The notes: a model not told the origin generated them from the letters alone. A stretch of 63,866 nucleotides of DNA, filler included, from Asterionella formosa (GCA_002256025.1; 11 parts of 11 records of this genome joined end to end with filler, not necessarily neighbours in it); one strand, 5' to 3'; shown: positions 24,837 through 39,379, counted from the whole stretch's first letter. Translations and numbers: made by a program.

Positions 24837-26634
24837 TATATAATAATGAATTAAATTGAACACCACTTCGAACATGCTGTACTGGACAATACAGAGTCGT
24901 GAAATTACCACTCCACAATAGCAGTAAAAATGGAGGTATACCGCTTCATATAGTACAGGCGGCACTAATAGTAATAGTAGTATAGAGCAGAATCAATGTT
25001 TTCCTATCATCTATGATATGGCTTGCATTGTTGTAAAAGTCTCACACTAGCTATATTTATTATGTAACTACTAAGTGTGCAGTGGATTCTATTAGATCCA
25101 TTCAAAATCAAATCTTCATCAATGTCCCGTTCATTAATGCGGTCATTATAATCAATATTCTTCTCAGAAACATTTGGTTGAAGTGATTCAACAAATTGAT
25201 GCATATCCTCTTTACTTACGTCGGGAAATGAGAAGTATGAGTGTAGGTAGATGATATTTGTGGTGGGAGTAGCAATTCCACTAGGAATCCTTCCATGTTC
25301 AGATTGGATCGATTCTTTTGTGAAAGTCCATTGTAGATTTCCTTATAAAAAACGAGTAAATCGATATCATCAGTCCGTTGATCAGTGAGACCATTTGAAA
25401 CGCACTGAACTTTCTTCCCTCACACTTTTTTATAAGTGGTTTCCTACCAATGTCGTCAAAATCGGTAGAATGACAAATATCTATCGTTCTCTGAAATTTC
25501 ATGGGTATCTGGATTGAAACCCAAATATTTTTGTTGCAATCGGAATTTTCCTCTATGAACTATTTTAGCATTTTAAATTGAAACATATTTGATAAGAATG
25601 TAATCACCGACTCAAAACATCATGCTGTCGGAGCAAGAACTTACCTAAGATTCCCTTAAATTGATGATTCAATACGTACATTCTGACATTCTCTCGCTCA
25701 ACTTTTTTATGCACCAAATGTTGATTTGATGTAATCAAAACGTGCCTTGTTGGTACGTTCAATGGCAAGCTCTGGGTCACTCTCCACTTTTTTGCCTTAC
25801 TCCGGTTTCACTCTTTGTAGCCGAGTTAGGCAGGTCAACATTGGGCAAACCAATCCTATTTGTGATTGGAAATGCCTTTCATACTACTTGGACCAGATAG
25901 GGCAGGATGTTTGATTCTCTTTTGGGACCAGAAAAAAGCACATTAGATTGATATTCTATTTTACAGTACTACCTGCAATTCACGATCAAACTTACATGTT
26001 GTTCACAGCAAAACTTCTTGGTCTTGAAAATAAAACTCATATCCTTTGTGACAATTGATGGTTAAATTTTAGCTAAGCGGGAACGACGTTCTGATAAGGC
26101 TGTTGAAAATGAAGAGTCTTGATAACCTCATTTGGACGAGTTTTGAACCGAATTACAACCTTTGTAGTGATTGAGTTCAGTATCAATAACTGAAGCAGAA
26201 AAGTCATCATTGCTGTCAGTATCAATTACGGGATCCTTTGTACTAGTAGCTGATGGTGTCCCCATCGATGATGGGGTATTACCCCCAACATCTCCCAATC
26301 GCCGATTGGGTTGCCTCGGATAATTGCCTATTCGCTTTTTCTTTGTTAACTCATTTTGGTATTTGCTTTTTTGTTCCATACTGGCGGTATTTGCCACATG
26401 TCGCTTGTTTCCATGAACCTCTTAATGGTTTCTTGAGGACACTGTACTACTAGATAACTGTTGTCGTTGTTTTCTTCCTTTAAGTTCGATGATCCTCAAT
26501 TCAGGTGTTGCTAGTTACAATGAAATGAATCATCAGCCACTACAAATAATATTTTGCTTACACTGTCTACATATTATGATACCATACTGACACTGCTAAC
26601 CCTGTGCCTGTTCCACATGCTTGTATGTTAGTAA

Positions 26635-27775
26635 ATGCATGGGGTCATAATACTTATTCATCCGGTTGGGGTACCAGGTACCGTGCCATGTGCCGATCCT
26701 ATCGAGAATACATCTGCCCAGGAAATTTCAGTGGTCGCGAACCCTCCTGCTGGTCAGATAGTGACTTTTGTCCCTACTACACAACAGCAGATTGCTGATC
26801 GCCATCACAGAGGCGGTATGTGCGATAATAGCGATGCTATTTATTATGACTCGTTGAGTATATCTCACGTTAATCATCACCTGAACAATATTGTTTACTT
26901 ACAGGTTGAATACACTCAGGATACCGGTGTTGTTGTAACGCGGGACATATATAACTGTATTGATGGACATGACGTTCCACATACATATCAGGGCCCAATT
27001 CCGGTTTCCTGTTTTACTTCTAAGGATATAATAACATCAATTGATTTGATTCCGATGTCCCTTTTAGCGCCACGATTGGTGGATGATATACCTATTCATA
27101 AAATACTACGAGTGTTATTTGATAGTGGAGGATCATTATCCTTAATACATGAAAGGGTTATGCCTCAAGGTATTTCTTTGTCTAACGAGACTTTACAGTT
27201 AATACAACAAAAATGTCAAGTCTTTAATGGTCTAGTATGCACATTTGATGTTATTTTAGGATGTGATTTCCTCTGTCAAGTTGGTTTAACCATTGATTTC
27301 GTAAATAACACCATGTCCTGTATTGATATGATTGTTCCTATGCATCCTCTCACATTCTTTGATGATGGAGAACGTTTAAGTGATGCATAATTATATTTTG
27401 ATGCACCTATGATTGTGGAATCTTCATATGCGCTGGAAATCAAAGCTGCTGAATATAATTACGTAAATATTGATACAGTGGTGGATAAACAGATACATTT
27501 GACAACAATACAACGATCATGTTTACAAACTATATTGGTTAAATATCAAACATTATTTGATGGAAAATTAAAAGTCAATCCTCATAAATAGTTACATTTG
27601 GAATTATTATCAAATGCTATCCCTCGTCATCAACGAGCATATCCGGTCGCTCATAGTCATTTAGAAGTTTTCAAAACCGAATTACAAAGATTTTGTGATA
27701 TTGGAGTTCTACAAAAATGTGGTGCTTCTAAATGGGCATCTTCCACTTTTATTATTCAAAAAAAGGATGGAAGTG
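26635..27775 (+). mobile_element. Ty3/Gypsy pol remnant (aspartic protease + start of RT)
   Basis: LRVLFDSGGS, FDVILGCDFL, then RAYPVAHSHLEVFKTELQRFCDIGVL...SKWASSTFIIQKKDGS; interrupted by stops and truncated. Confidence 0.85.
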
Positions 27776-28059
27776 ACCGAATGGCAAATGCATTAGAGTG
27801 TTTTGAACGAGTAAATGCAGTGAAACTTCAAGTGCTTCAGTCTTCAGCAGCACCAAGACGCGAGAAAGAGATCCTAGATGTTCTGGACCTCTATAAAAGT
27901 CGTCTCAAGAATGCTCGGAAGGATTTGGAAGAGTTGGAGAATCATGGGTATGACTCCAATAATTCTGATGTAGTTCAGGCTTGACCAGAAATTAAGATAT
28001 GCAAGAGAAAGCGGGATCACTATTTTTATCTGCTTTCAGAAGGTGAAACATCAGATTAA
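27776..28059 (+). mobile_element. Helical C-terminal remnant, probably of a Harbinger accessory ORF
   Basis: Coiled-coil-like reading frame joined to the Gypsy RT breakpoint and convergent with the Harbinger transposase; assignment is by position only. Confidence 0.4.
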
Positions 28060-28089
28060 ATCCAACTAATTAATAAAATATATATTTGT

Positions 28090-29247
28090 CTACATTAAAT
28101 TTATTTCATGTAATTCTTTCCTTCTCTTCACTATATTGACAGGAGGTCGTTGCACGCCCAAGGTTTGCAATCTGGTAAGAATCACATCTCGCATCACAGA
28201 GCTTCCAGGCAATATACACAATGGTTCCACGGTTGGCAAGTAGCCCCAACCAAGGGGTGACAAACTGACTGGAATTATCTCTGTAAGTATTTGATCATCA
28301 TCCAAAATCTCGTTATCAATTATCTTCTTATTAATCACATAGTTATGAAGTCGAGCACATGAATCAAGAATGCGTGCAGATGTTTCCAAGCTTGTCGATA
28401 GGTTTTTTTCAGTACGCACCATTTTGTCTGAAGAAGACCAAATGCCATTTCTATTCTTATCCTTAGCTGTGAAAGGAAAAAGTTAAATGTATCCTGTGTT
28501 GGATCATCACGTTGTGAGCCAACAAAGGGAACAAGCATTACATCAGACAATGTGTAAGCTGCATCGCCGACCAGATAAAAAACCTGTGTTGAATGCTGCA
28601 ACTCGATCGAAAATGGAAGTTCGTTCAAAAGCTACTTGGTCACTGCAAATTCACGGTGCAATTACACCAAAATAAATAAATCTTGAGTCAGCATCACAAA
28701 CAGCCTGGACATTGATTTCATAAGTCATGTAGTGACCGAAAAAAATGAACCAGGGTTGTTGCCACTTTCAACTATAGTCGGGCGGTTGATGGTGGCTAGG
28801 AAGCCGTCAATAGCACCAACACATCCTCTCATCATGCCCTCTGAGCTTTTGCATTCAAAGCTGGAAGCCAATTTGATAAATTCTTCTTTTTCTTTTGGAA
28901 AAACAATTTCGAGTTCTCCACAGTTTAGTACAGCATCAATGAACAAATCACGACATCGATTAAGTGAAGCAATGCTACAACCATAGGCATGACGAATGTC
29001 GATGTAACTGCCACCAGCCAGCCATCGCAAACCAATGGCTACCACAATTTCGGGAATTATGGGCTCAGAAGTGCCACATTTGGAATAATTCCCTGCAATC
29101 TGAATTTCCAGCATGGAGGTGAGTTTTTTGAATGCTCTGTGTGACATTCTGTATGTCTTCTCGAAAGCAATCTCGTGATTGAGTTTCTTGACATGTGATT
29201 GCCAGGAGATTCTTTCGTGGTGACACTTGTGCCTTTGTTGTCGTCGT
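28090..29247 (-). mobile_element. PIF/Harbinger (HARBI1-like) transposase pseudogene
   Basis: YRMSHRAFKKL, LRWLAGGSYIDI, CVGAIDG, NVQAVCDA, YLVGDAAY, FNFFLSQLRIRIEMAFGLL..KW, CARLHNY; several frameshifts; 5' end in gap. Confidence 0.92.
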
Positions 29248-29859
29248 NNNNNNNNNNNNNNNNNNNNNNNNNNNNNNNNNNNNNNNNNNNNTTAATTAAT
29301 TAANNNNNNNNNNNNNNNNNNNNNNNNNNNNNNNNNNNNNNNNNNNNCATAAAGTATGTTAATTAATATATGTGTTTGTCGTTTAATGTATACAGTTAAA
29401 GTCAACAGTTAATATGATAGTATTATACAGTGGATAGGATCTAAGTATACGGATGCGTTGATATGTACATCACTATAATATGATTTGTGATATGGATTGA
29501 TGCATATCACATACCGGTATCCTCAACAACCGGCCATCACGTTCATTGTCGTGTCGTCTTTCGTTGTTTTAGCTATATATGTGCCAGAATGTGTATTGTG
29601 TAAACACTACGCTGGCGGAACATGCATATTACACTGTGCTCTGTTCAACAATTACTACACTCGGTTACCATCACACCAGTTCCACCTCCACAGGCTCCAA
29701 AAAGAAACGAGACTTACTTCCATTGTTTACACTACACGACTTTATGTTTTCGGAAAAGAAGATGAAGAAAGTTATGAAATCAATCGAAGATTCTTTTGAA
29801 TACACAAAGATCAAATGAATTTGAACAGATTCATAATACTCCAGAAAAAATAATGAAGT

Positions 29860-31840
29860 ATGCCAATCGTCACAATAGTGGATGAGATTGAAAAGAAGGA
29901 AAGATTGCTTTCGAAGAGGAAACCCAAACAGTTGGTCTTCGTGGATGAAGACTCTATTCGTACAGAGTCACAGTTCCACCATCCATTATCGTATTTTGCT
30001 TATTCACCCAAAATCGCTGATAATGAAGAAGAACTCATTGATTCTCATTCATTTGATGAACAAATTCATGCGATGAATGAAAATATCGGCGGAAATGTGG
30101 CAGACAACACTTCAGAAGTAGAAATGGTTGAAAAGTTGCAAAACCAAGAAACATATCCCACTATCCGTCCAGAACATCAAGATGAACATCATGAAAGCAG
30201 AGAAACTATTGCATTTCTAAAAGATCAGATATTCAAGAAAAAAACTGAGCTAGATCAAGAACTCGAATTCAAGAAAATCAATGCAGACAGAGATGTGATG
30301 CTGGCTAAGGCAGTTGATGCTCTAAATAGGGAACGAAGTCAGAAACACAAAATTGAATCTTTTTCCAAATCTTACATGGAAGAAAAAGAATTTCTTTGTA
30401 AAATCATTGAAAACAATCCAGAAGGCAGCTACTTTTGTGAAAAGTCGGCATGTGAAATGTGTAGAGTTATTATGCCAAAGCAAACGGCATTTTCCTTGAG
30501 TTTGCCGAAATCGCATGGATAACTAAAATTGTGGAAAGAGTTGTACACTCGTACCCCTCAAGATATATTCAATTACGCCTCTGTATTTTATGGAGTCAAA
30601 GGTATCAAAAAATCATGTTCAGATTTTAAAGATCTTGCATATTGGGACCTTGAAACAATTACCTCTATGATCCATTATGTAATTCATGAACTTCAATCAA
30701 GTGATGTAAAGGTTATATTTGATCTGGATGAGAACCCAGAAAAGGGTAATAACAATGCATATATATACCAAGGTGATTGTCATCCACTTCATCACAAAAG
30801 TAACTATGTGCTAATTGTGTATTGCAAAAGATCAGAGGAGGAGGAAAACAATCATTTTGTGCATTATCTTTTTACTATAAATGATGGACTATTTCAAGTC
30901 CGTGATCCAGGAAAAGATGCAAGTGTGGATGAACAAACATTATGATCAAGTATTTCACCTTGCCTGTAATAAAGGTACTGCATCATCCCCGGATGCATAA
31001 AAGAATCGGAATTGTTATGCACCGATGCAGGATATCTTCCACAAGAATCCCATATACCTGAAGAAATTGGGTTCTCGGAATCTTTCTATACTGGCACCAA
31101 AGCACCATTGCAGATCACTATGGCCACTGAACATGATTCCATGTTATTTCAACCAGAAGATGACAGTGGATGGTCATGTGGACCTTTTACAATTGTGAAA
31201 GTGTTGGAAACTCTATTGCAATTAGAAAGGAATGGCAAAACCAATTTTCTTGGCAAACGGGCACATTTCCGTTTGGAGACTGAGTCCTGGAAAGTTTTAA
31301 AACGTCAGGTGGTAGCAACAGATCGAACAGACGATTTCTTATCCATTACATCTGACCCACCAACCAAGTCAACATACTTTCATCTTGGAACAGTTTGGCC
31401 TCAAGTGACAACGACAAATTCTCGTTAGGATATGCATGTTTCAGTTGGAAAAAACTGTTCTTCAATTTTGTATCGACAAAATTTTGACATCCTATTTAGA
31501 TTTAAAAATGTTGAACGAAGTATTTGGACGAATTCCTTGCAACTCTTCTATCAAGAAGGATGAAGTTGTCTAAGTAAAATCCATGATACAACAAAGTAAT
31601 GACAAACTTGCTCCCTTCAAATGGTATAATCATGCACCTCTTGGCCAACTTTCTGGATGCATCAAAATTGACAAAAAGTTGAAAGAAAATTTTGTATCTG
31701 ATGATAGCCCTTCTGGAATCAAATTGAAGAAGTTTGCAGACTCATATCGAACTGCAGTTGAAAAGTGGAGAAGCAAAGTTTCGGACGAAACGAGAAGGAC
31801 CATCTTAGGTTGTTCTTTGGGAGTGAAAAAGAACAAATAA
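29860..31840 (+). mobile_element. Degraded TE accessory ORF with Ulp1/C48-like cysteine protease motifs
   Basis: Collinear ORF fragments: acidic and coiled-coil N-terminus, then NNHFVHY...VRDPG...QPEDDSGWSCGPF (His-Asp-Gln/Cys order of C48 proteases). Confidence 0.55.
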
Positions 31841-31999
31841 TGGACCGTTGGATAATCATTTCTTAGGAAATTGTAGTTTGTGAAAACCTCATAATAACCA
31901 ATTTAGTATGCGAAACTATATTGTTACCATTATCATTTATATTATTCTTATATATTTATCAGCGTTCGCTTGTTAGCTTTTGGTTCCACCCGATTGATT

Positions 32000-34900
32000 T
32001 TCATAAATTACGTGGAGGCATGACAACATAAAAATTATCTTTCCGTATCTGTTCCAAAACTTCTTGCGGTGCATTTCAGAGATTTCCTTGATTCCTGTGG
32101 TTTCAAAGCAGGAACAACAAATGCTGCCGAAAGTATGTTATGAAATTCAACAACGCTCAATTCAGCCAGTTGTATCATTGCATAAGGTGTCTCCTCTTGC
32201 AAAAAAGCAGAATACGTTTATGAATTTTCATTTCAGTTGAACTTTTCAAGGAACGAATACACGCTAAGAGAATGGTTGTTGAGTTGGAGAAAATAACATT
32301 TCCCAAAAGAAGTAGTTTTGCAGGAACTGTGTAGAAACGTGATCCATCTCCCTTCTCCCAGTTCACTTCGACCCAGTCAAACCATTCACGACCAAGAGAT
32401 TCCTGCCTTTGAATCATTATTCCATTTCGGAAGGCATCTGAAAATAGTAGTTTGGCCGGGAACATTACTTTCAATTTTAACATGATAATAAAAGTCAATC
32501 CTTACAATGGAAACAGGCCCAATCCCATCTTCAAGAGTTTTGATTTTTGCTATTTCTATTGCTGAATTCGCAATGCTCTTTACGTAGTAGTGGGCCCCCT
32601 TTAGTAAATCAGGATGAACCAATTGAGACAAGGGTGCATCCTTACTCCGTGATACATGCCCAATCTTATTAGGTACACCTGCTATAGTCCATAGACCATT
32701 TGATGATGAAGCAGAAAATTGAACTTTAACAGGAAGGGCTGGTGAATGGATTTTGGTAGGCGATATTCCAACATTTTAAGGCGACCTACTAGGCAACATC
32801 ATTGTATCCGGAATCATTTCTTCGAAATCAATTTCTGTTGAAAGACCCTCAGTTGCATTGATGTATACTTTACTCATCTTCTTTTGTTTGTTTTCTGTAT
32901 GTAATGAATCACTAACAAAAAAAACCAATATTTTTCGTGCCAAGGAAAACTGCCTTGTTTCATATGACCTTGTTAAAATGTCATGCTTTAATCGATGTAA
33001 TTGTCCATTGACACGCTTACTGGTTCGTTTCAATTTGTCTTTCAAAAAAGACTCCAAATATCCACCAAAGAAATTAAGAGGAGATCCGAACTTCCTAATC
33101 AGATGAGGGTAATGTTTCATTCCATGAAATTTTGCCATTCGTAAGCCAATTTGAGATATCATTTCCCGTTGGGGACCAATCATAATCTTAGTAACTGACA
33201 TAAATCTCTTCAGACTTTCCTCTAAAATATCAATACATGTTGATGTATATTGTGGTATGAATAAAGTGTTATTGATAAATATACATAACCATAACAGCAA
33301 TGTGAAATCCTTTTCTAGGTGCATGTTCTCTGAACCCATCATTCCACCCATTGAAAAAATAGTTAACAGACATAATCCGGGAATTTCTTGCCCTGACATT
33401 TTCGACAAAGCTGTCATCACAGATCTGTATGACGATTTTGGAATATCACGATCGCTTTGCCTTTCCAAATGAGTAATGATATATCTAGCACTTTGTTCGA
33501 AGTATAGTTTCGAAAATACATTTCTGGTGCTGGTACAAGTGTTGGGTCTTGATTTTTGCCAGTGTAGATATTTTTGATAACTGGAGCGTGTGTCCTTTTT
33601 GGTCTTTGCCCGTTTCTTCGGTTGCTCTTGATCAAGAAAAGCAGAGTCTGTTGTTTCAGTCTTACGTTTTATATTGTAGATGTTTTCTGGAATATCTGGA
33701 GATTTTCTTTCTTTAAAAAAACATGTCCATTCTTCAGGGATAGTCCGATAATTGTACAAAAATTCCAAAATGTAGCTACTTAAATATTTCAAGTAGTAAT
33801 TGATGAAGAACCTCAAATGGAGTTGCAACAAATAATCCTTCTAAGTCACCACCAAAATAATGATTTATTAGTGCAGGCATAATAGGATTATGCGATATAA
33901 CACGGCACCACTCGTTTGCTGTTGCGTATTTGCCATTAGATTGGGAGATACAATGATACTCAGGTGGGATACATGGCAATTTTCCATCGGGATATGCATT
34001 TTTGTCAAGAAACTTGTTTAAAAACTTTTTAACATCTGACACTTTACAACGTTCACATCCAATATCAGGATTATCAGCATCCTCAGTTGAAACCAGGCAA
34101 TCACGACAAACATATCGTCAATATAATCCATTACCACCCCTGAAGCCACAAATTTTATTGTGTTCTTCTGTTTCACCAATGATCATTCCAATCTGGAAAT
34201 AAACTTTTGTCATACCAAGACCATGAACCCAAATATCGTACGACTTGTTTGGCTCTTCGAAAGGCGACAATAGAATTCCTGTAACAGAATGATATAATTT
34301 GAGTCTACATAAGGACAAGTCGTCACCAGATAACTTATTATTCATTTGTTTCTCCAGATCACTGACCTGCTCCAATGTCTGGCAAAAGAGATACTAATTG
34401 CCATCCATCAATTTTTTCTTTCTTCTAACGTTAAGTTTTAACATTGTCAGCAAAAACGGATGCTCGGAATGTTTCATTTGTTCATCAATAGGTGAACCAT
34501 CACTGAAAACTGCTAGGGCAACAAATAAACACCCTGTCTTCAACACTCCATTTTCTGATGCAGGAGAATTGTTGAATGCATTTTCAAACCAGTCGCAGAA
34601 GTTACTTCGTCATATATGCGTTCTCCACAAGTTGTAAGTTTCACTTGTGGGTGACATACAAAATGTTGCATGATATCGGAATCACGTAGCAATCCTGCCA
34701 TGAGCTGTACTGGTTCGAAATAATGGAGTGTGCGTGGGATGATCATATTTGAATTGTTATCAATCTTTATTTGTTTGGTCAATAGTTTACCACCAGCTAA
34801 TGTTGGTGGAAATGAAATATCCTTGCGTTTTTTCAAAGTCTGGTAGGATGGAGCTTGATACCTTCCATCAAAATAGTTCATTGCTTTTGCCTTGAACAGC

Positions 34901-35111
34901 CATTTCATTAGATGATCAAAGTAAACTGGTGGAAGATAATTCTCGCTGAGGAATAACATGAGTTCTAATTCAATTGGATGGATGTTCAGAGAATGTTTAC
35001 TCGGAAGTTGAAATTGAGGAGGAAGGGGCATTTCCATTGCATTTTCAGGGAGAAAGCCGGTGCGATCTTGAAAATCTGAATATTGCATGGTTTCTGAATT
35101 CAACCCTTGGA
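32000..35111 (-). mobile_element. Plavaka/CMC-like DNA transposase pseudogene
   Basis: IYDEVTS/DWFENAF, ALAVFSDGS, MIIGETEEHNKICG, CRDCL, TPFEVLHQLLL, KFHGMKHYPHLIRKFGSPLNFFGGYLESFLKDKLK, WFDWVEVNW; multiple frameshifts. Confidence 0.7.
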
Positions 35112-35391
35112 NNNNNNNNNNNNNNNNNNNNNNNNNNNNNNNNNNNNNNNNNNNNTTAATTAATTAANNNNNNNNNNNNNNNNNNNNNNNNNNNNNNNNN
35201 NNNNNNNNNNNTAATGACAACGAAAATTGAGATCGCCGATAACAACATGAAGTCGCGTTTTTCTTGCGAGGTGAAGAACTCTCTCATTTTTCACAAGACG
35301 GAAATAATTGTCATATTAATACATCTTAGAAAAATGTGCGCTATCCTGTAGAACTAAAGAAATTTACTTAGGTCCATTATAAGGGAAATCT

Positions 35392-35474
35392 CTTCATTGT
35401 CCTGGGCCCCCCTTAAGTAAAATCAGTCAAATTCAGTCACGGCAGTGTACATTGGGGGGTCCAGGACAATGAAG
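35392..35474. repeat. 21-bp inverted repeat with 41-nt spacer
   Basis: cttcattgtcctgggcccccc / ggggggtccaggacaatgaag (1 mismatch). Confidence 0.85.
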
Positions 35475-37422
35475 TATACGGTATGTATGTTATTTAGGCC
35501 GTTGCTAACCCTGGACCAAAACCAAAACCAAACTATGTTTTGGTTTCGGTATCCCTAAAAAACCATGCTTTCAAGTGAGCTCATCTACTGGTCACATGCA
35601 ACCTTCATTGTAGTCAAACATTTGTATTTTCCGGGTTGTTTTAGTCTGTTTTTCCTTTAATAGGTAAAACTTCTTTTTCGAGTTTCACCAAAATTTTAGT
35701 GGAGTCTCTCAACAAATACCTAAATGTAGTACTTACTGTTACTCCTTGCTTATTTTGGAAAATTGGCCATTGACATACCCCTCGAGCACAATTAACCACG
35801 ACAAAATCACCGGCAATGATGCTAAATCAATCAATGATTGACAATGGTGGTGCTTTTGGTAGTGTTGGTGACCTCATAAATAGGGTAAATGATAGCAAAC
35901 TATAGAAAATAATGATTAGCTAGTATTCTTTTATGTTTTGGGGTACTTTGACGATCTGATGGATCAGTAGGCTGTTCGCTAGTAATTTGCATGTAATAGA
36001 TGAATAGAAAGTATATCTCCGAACAATCCATCTGAGAATCGCATTTGCCACTCCTCCATTGCTACAGCTGTAGATAGAAGGACCCGTTTGTTGCTTCCCT
36101 TGTCCCTGTTGATCTGTTGATTGCTGTGTTGCTTGAAACCTTTGCCAATCGGTTCCTTGTGTGGTTGCCAATGTCCAACTTGAAGGATATTTCGACTTCC
36201 ATTGCGCAACTTATCATTCAAATCAAAAACCCTTTCCTCGTCGTTATCGCTGCTTCCACAAGAACAAAGACGAATGGAACAAAGGTACAACTGAGTGAAA
36301 CTCTGGTGGAAAAAGTTGTGCGACAATATCCGGTCTGTTGCTTGTCACTTAATATTGGAAAGTTACTCTGTTTGATTGTCAAACATCGGCGACACTGTGC
36401 ACAATTCCCTCAGCTCCAGGCGACTGCCCAAACGCTACAATCAACCACCTGTGAGGTGCTGCATGACAAACACAAAGCAATCAAGACAAATGGAGGACAA
36501 GGATCACGATTCCGGAGGTGTGTTACAATGTAATATTTACGGTGAAGTTGGATTGTTCACTATGCTAGCTTTACCGTGTTGTGATCACAGGGAGAACAAA
36601 GCCTACGGAGGTTTCTAAGAACAAAAATATGAGTGATGAATCTTAGAAATTTCATATTGCCGCGATTTGCGATTTTCAACTTCTTCATCTCGTGGAAGAA
36701 ATGAAGAAGTTTTGAAAATCTAAATGCAGCGATTGACCCCTCATTCCGCTTCAGTCGATTGGCATCATGAAAACAATATTTATTTCGATACGGAAACAAA
36801 ATACTAATTAGGATATCTTTACAATGACTTTCAAGTGCCCATTTTATCAAAGAACCTGTGAAGCACAAAAGGCGGGTTGCATGTGGTGTGTATTTATGAC
36901 TCACAGTCGAAGGAGTCGACTTTGATGTACCAAGCTCTCATCAATCAATCATTATTACTCTGATTGTAATAAGCCGGACAATAAGACCAATAGTTTGAAT
37001 TGAATGATCAATGGTCATAAACCTGTGATCAATAAGTGTGAGATATACATGAGTCTATCTACGAATGTATGTTCCTGTAAATGCAAACAGCATTTAGAGA
37101 TATAGTTCGTTTGATTTTTCAAACTGGACAAACCAATTTTAGTAACTCACAAATAAGAATACAGAAACGAAGGATTGAAAATTTCACTAAATGTAGCCTT
37201 CTTTGTCTAACGATAGATCTAGTATCTAAAAGGTAATAATTTAACATACGTATACATATTTAGTGCGTGGCGCCAATACAGACACTTTTTATGTGTAACG
37301 TCATGTACAGCAACTTGCGGTATTTTTGCTGGCAACGGTCAGATGTGTATATGATAACCTACGTGAATAAAATAAAAAGGCTTAAAAATTCAAAACTTTG
37401 AAGTTGGCACGCCATCATTTTT

Positions 37423-37600
37423 GCTATAAATATGATCAGTTTGGCAGTTATAGCAAATGTTTTTGATTTGGCAGATAAAGTAAACTTTACTCGAATCGAG
37501 CAATGACCCAATGACCCAATTTATTCGATTTGAGTAAAGTTTACTTTATCTGCCAAATCAAAACATTTGCTATACCTGCCAAAATGATCATATTTAGAGC
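37423..37600. repeat. Fold-back hairpin, ~75-bp arms (MITE-like)
   Basis: 37423-37499 is the reverse complement of 37526-37600 with about 4 mismatches and 1 indel. Confidence 0.92.
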
Positions 37601-39379
37601 TTAAAAACCTTATTCGAAATCATGCCACAAATACCGGTAGGTGAGCAAACCCATCACATGGGGTACATAGCACCTAGATGCCTCACATGGGGCATGGCTG
37701 GATTCAAGCTTAGACTGTTACATGAACATGCACAACTATGTACAATAGACCCCCTAATAGCCGTGCTAATGCTGCTATGAACATACGTACTGCTACATCT
37801 ATATTCATAGTCACAGTCATGATCACGCCTAATGCAACAGCGTACTGTACCAGGTACCAGCATATTTGCAAACAATGTAATACACTTTTTTTGCCAAGTA
37901 TAAAGGCGAGTTTAAGAAAGACTACTACAGTACTACAGCGCTGATCACAGAATTTAGTGGTGCGTAAGCTACATGGACCTCCGGGTCCCGATAGTTACTA
38001 ATTCCTAATAACGACCAATACACCATGACGAAAGGCGCTATCCAAGCGGCCAACCAAGCAAAGAAATGAACAAATCATACATAGGGGACATAACCATAAG
38101 ATAGTAATGAAATCCGACAGAAAGAGCATGCAGAAAGAGGAGGATATGGAAAAGCAAACAAAGATTAACACAGAGTGGTGAAAAACAGCGATTGCATGGA
38201 TGTCGATTTGGCTTTTTCACAAACACTACGCACAGTTGGGGAATTCATGGCAATGGTATCAACAAAACGCAAACAGAAGAAGAACCAGGCAAAGACAGCA
38301 ACAATAGAAAAGAAAAGAAGAAGTTTAACCCCTTTTTCACTACAGTTAGCGCTATTGCAGTGCAAGAAGCAAGAAGAATACAATAATGACGATATGTTAA
38401 ACATTAACAGGAATAAAGAAGAAGGCAGAGAAATAAAGAAGTCACTGACAAAGAAATTGCGCCAGAGCTGGATGTGCTGCTCACAGCAATAATTTTAGTG
38501 ATAATGAAGACAATGATAAAAACAATGAGTTGGCAGCCCTGGAATCACCAATTGTTATGGAGACTTCAACTTGAATCACCAGAAGTGGGGCCAAAATGTA
38601 AACCTTTAACCCAATCCACATTCACCATTCCATTCTCTGGCTGGCACAAGAAGTGCAGTCATAGAGAACTGAACCAAGAACAAGCAAAGCTACCACAATT
38701 ATTTTTAGACCACTTCCATACAAGGAAGTGACTACCAACCAAACCTTTCCACCGCCCCACCTTATATGGGCCATGGAGCGCAATGAAGGCAACTCTAGAA
38801 ATAGAGTAGTACGAATGCGCTATAAAAATGATTAATATATATGGCTACATAGGATATATGCCTTGGGTACCCGAGGCAGCCCTTGTAGAAGCTGGTATAT
38901 AATTATTTAGCTTAGATGTTACGATTTTTTCTATACATAAAACGCTACAGTGTAGTTGTTATGAGCGGCTAGAGAATCCTGCATCATGCCATCTCTGCCT
39001 TGACTGGCCATGACGAGACCATGACGAAAACAACAAATTTCTCCATGGAAAATGAGAACAATGCTATGCTATTTGGTACATAAATTATGGATCATTTATT
39101 CAATGCAGTTGTAGAAGAATTATTGTGATATCACTAATAATGACAAGGAAATTGAAGTCGCTGATGGCGCATTGCTTCACATAGTTGAGACAATGCACAA
39201 ATCAAACGACGAAGTTATGACGAGATTAACACTTTCACAGTATGCAACATGCTACACTACGGCAATCTGTCGGTCGAACCAAATTTTGTTTGATTCATTA
39301 TTTAACAATATCAAATAATAGACCATTGATATTTTCAAAATGACTTAACAAGTGCTGATCCAGTCGGTGACTCCATATG

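Noticed and set aside
25000..26500. Decayed minus-strand reading frames
   Set aside because: Probably a TE or gene ruin, but no diagnostic motifs.
35900..38760. Short ORFs at 36117-36533 and 38175-38731
   Set aside because: No recognisable domains; likely decayed sequence.
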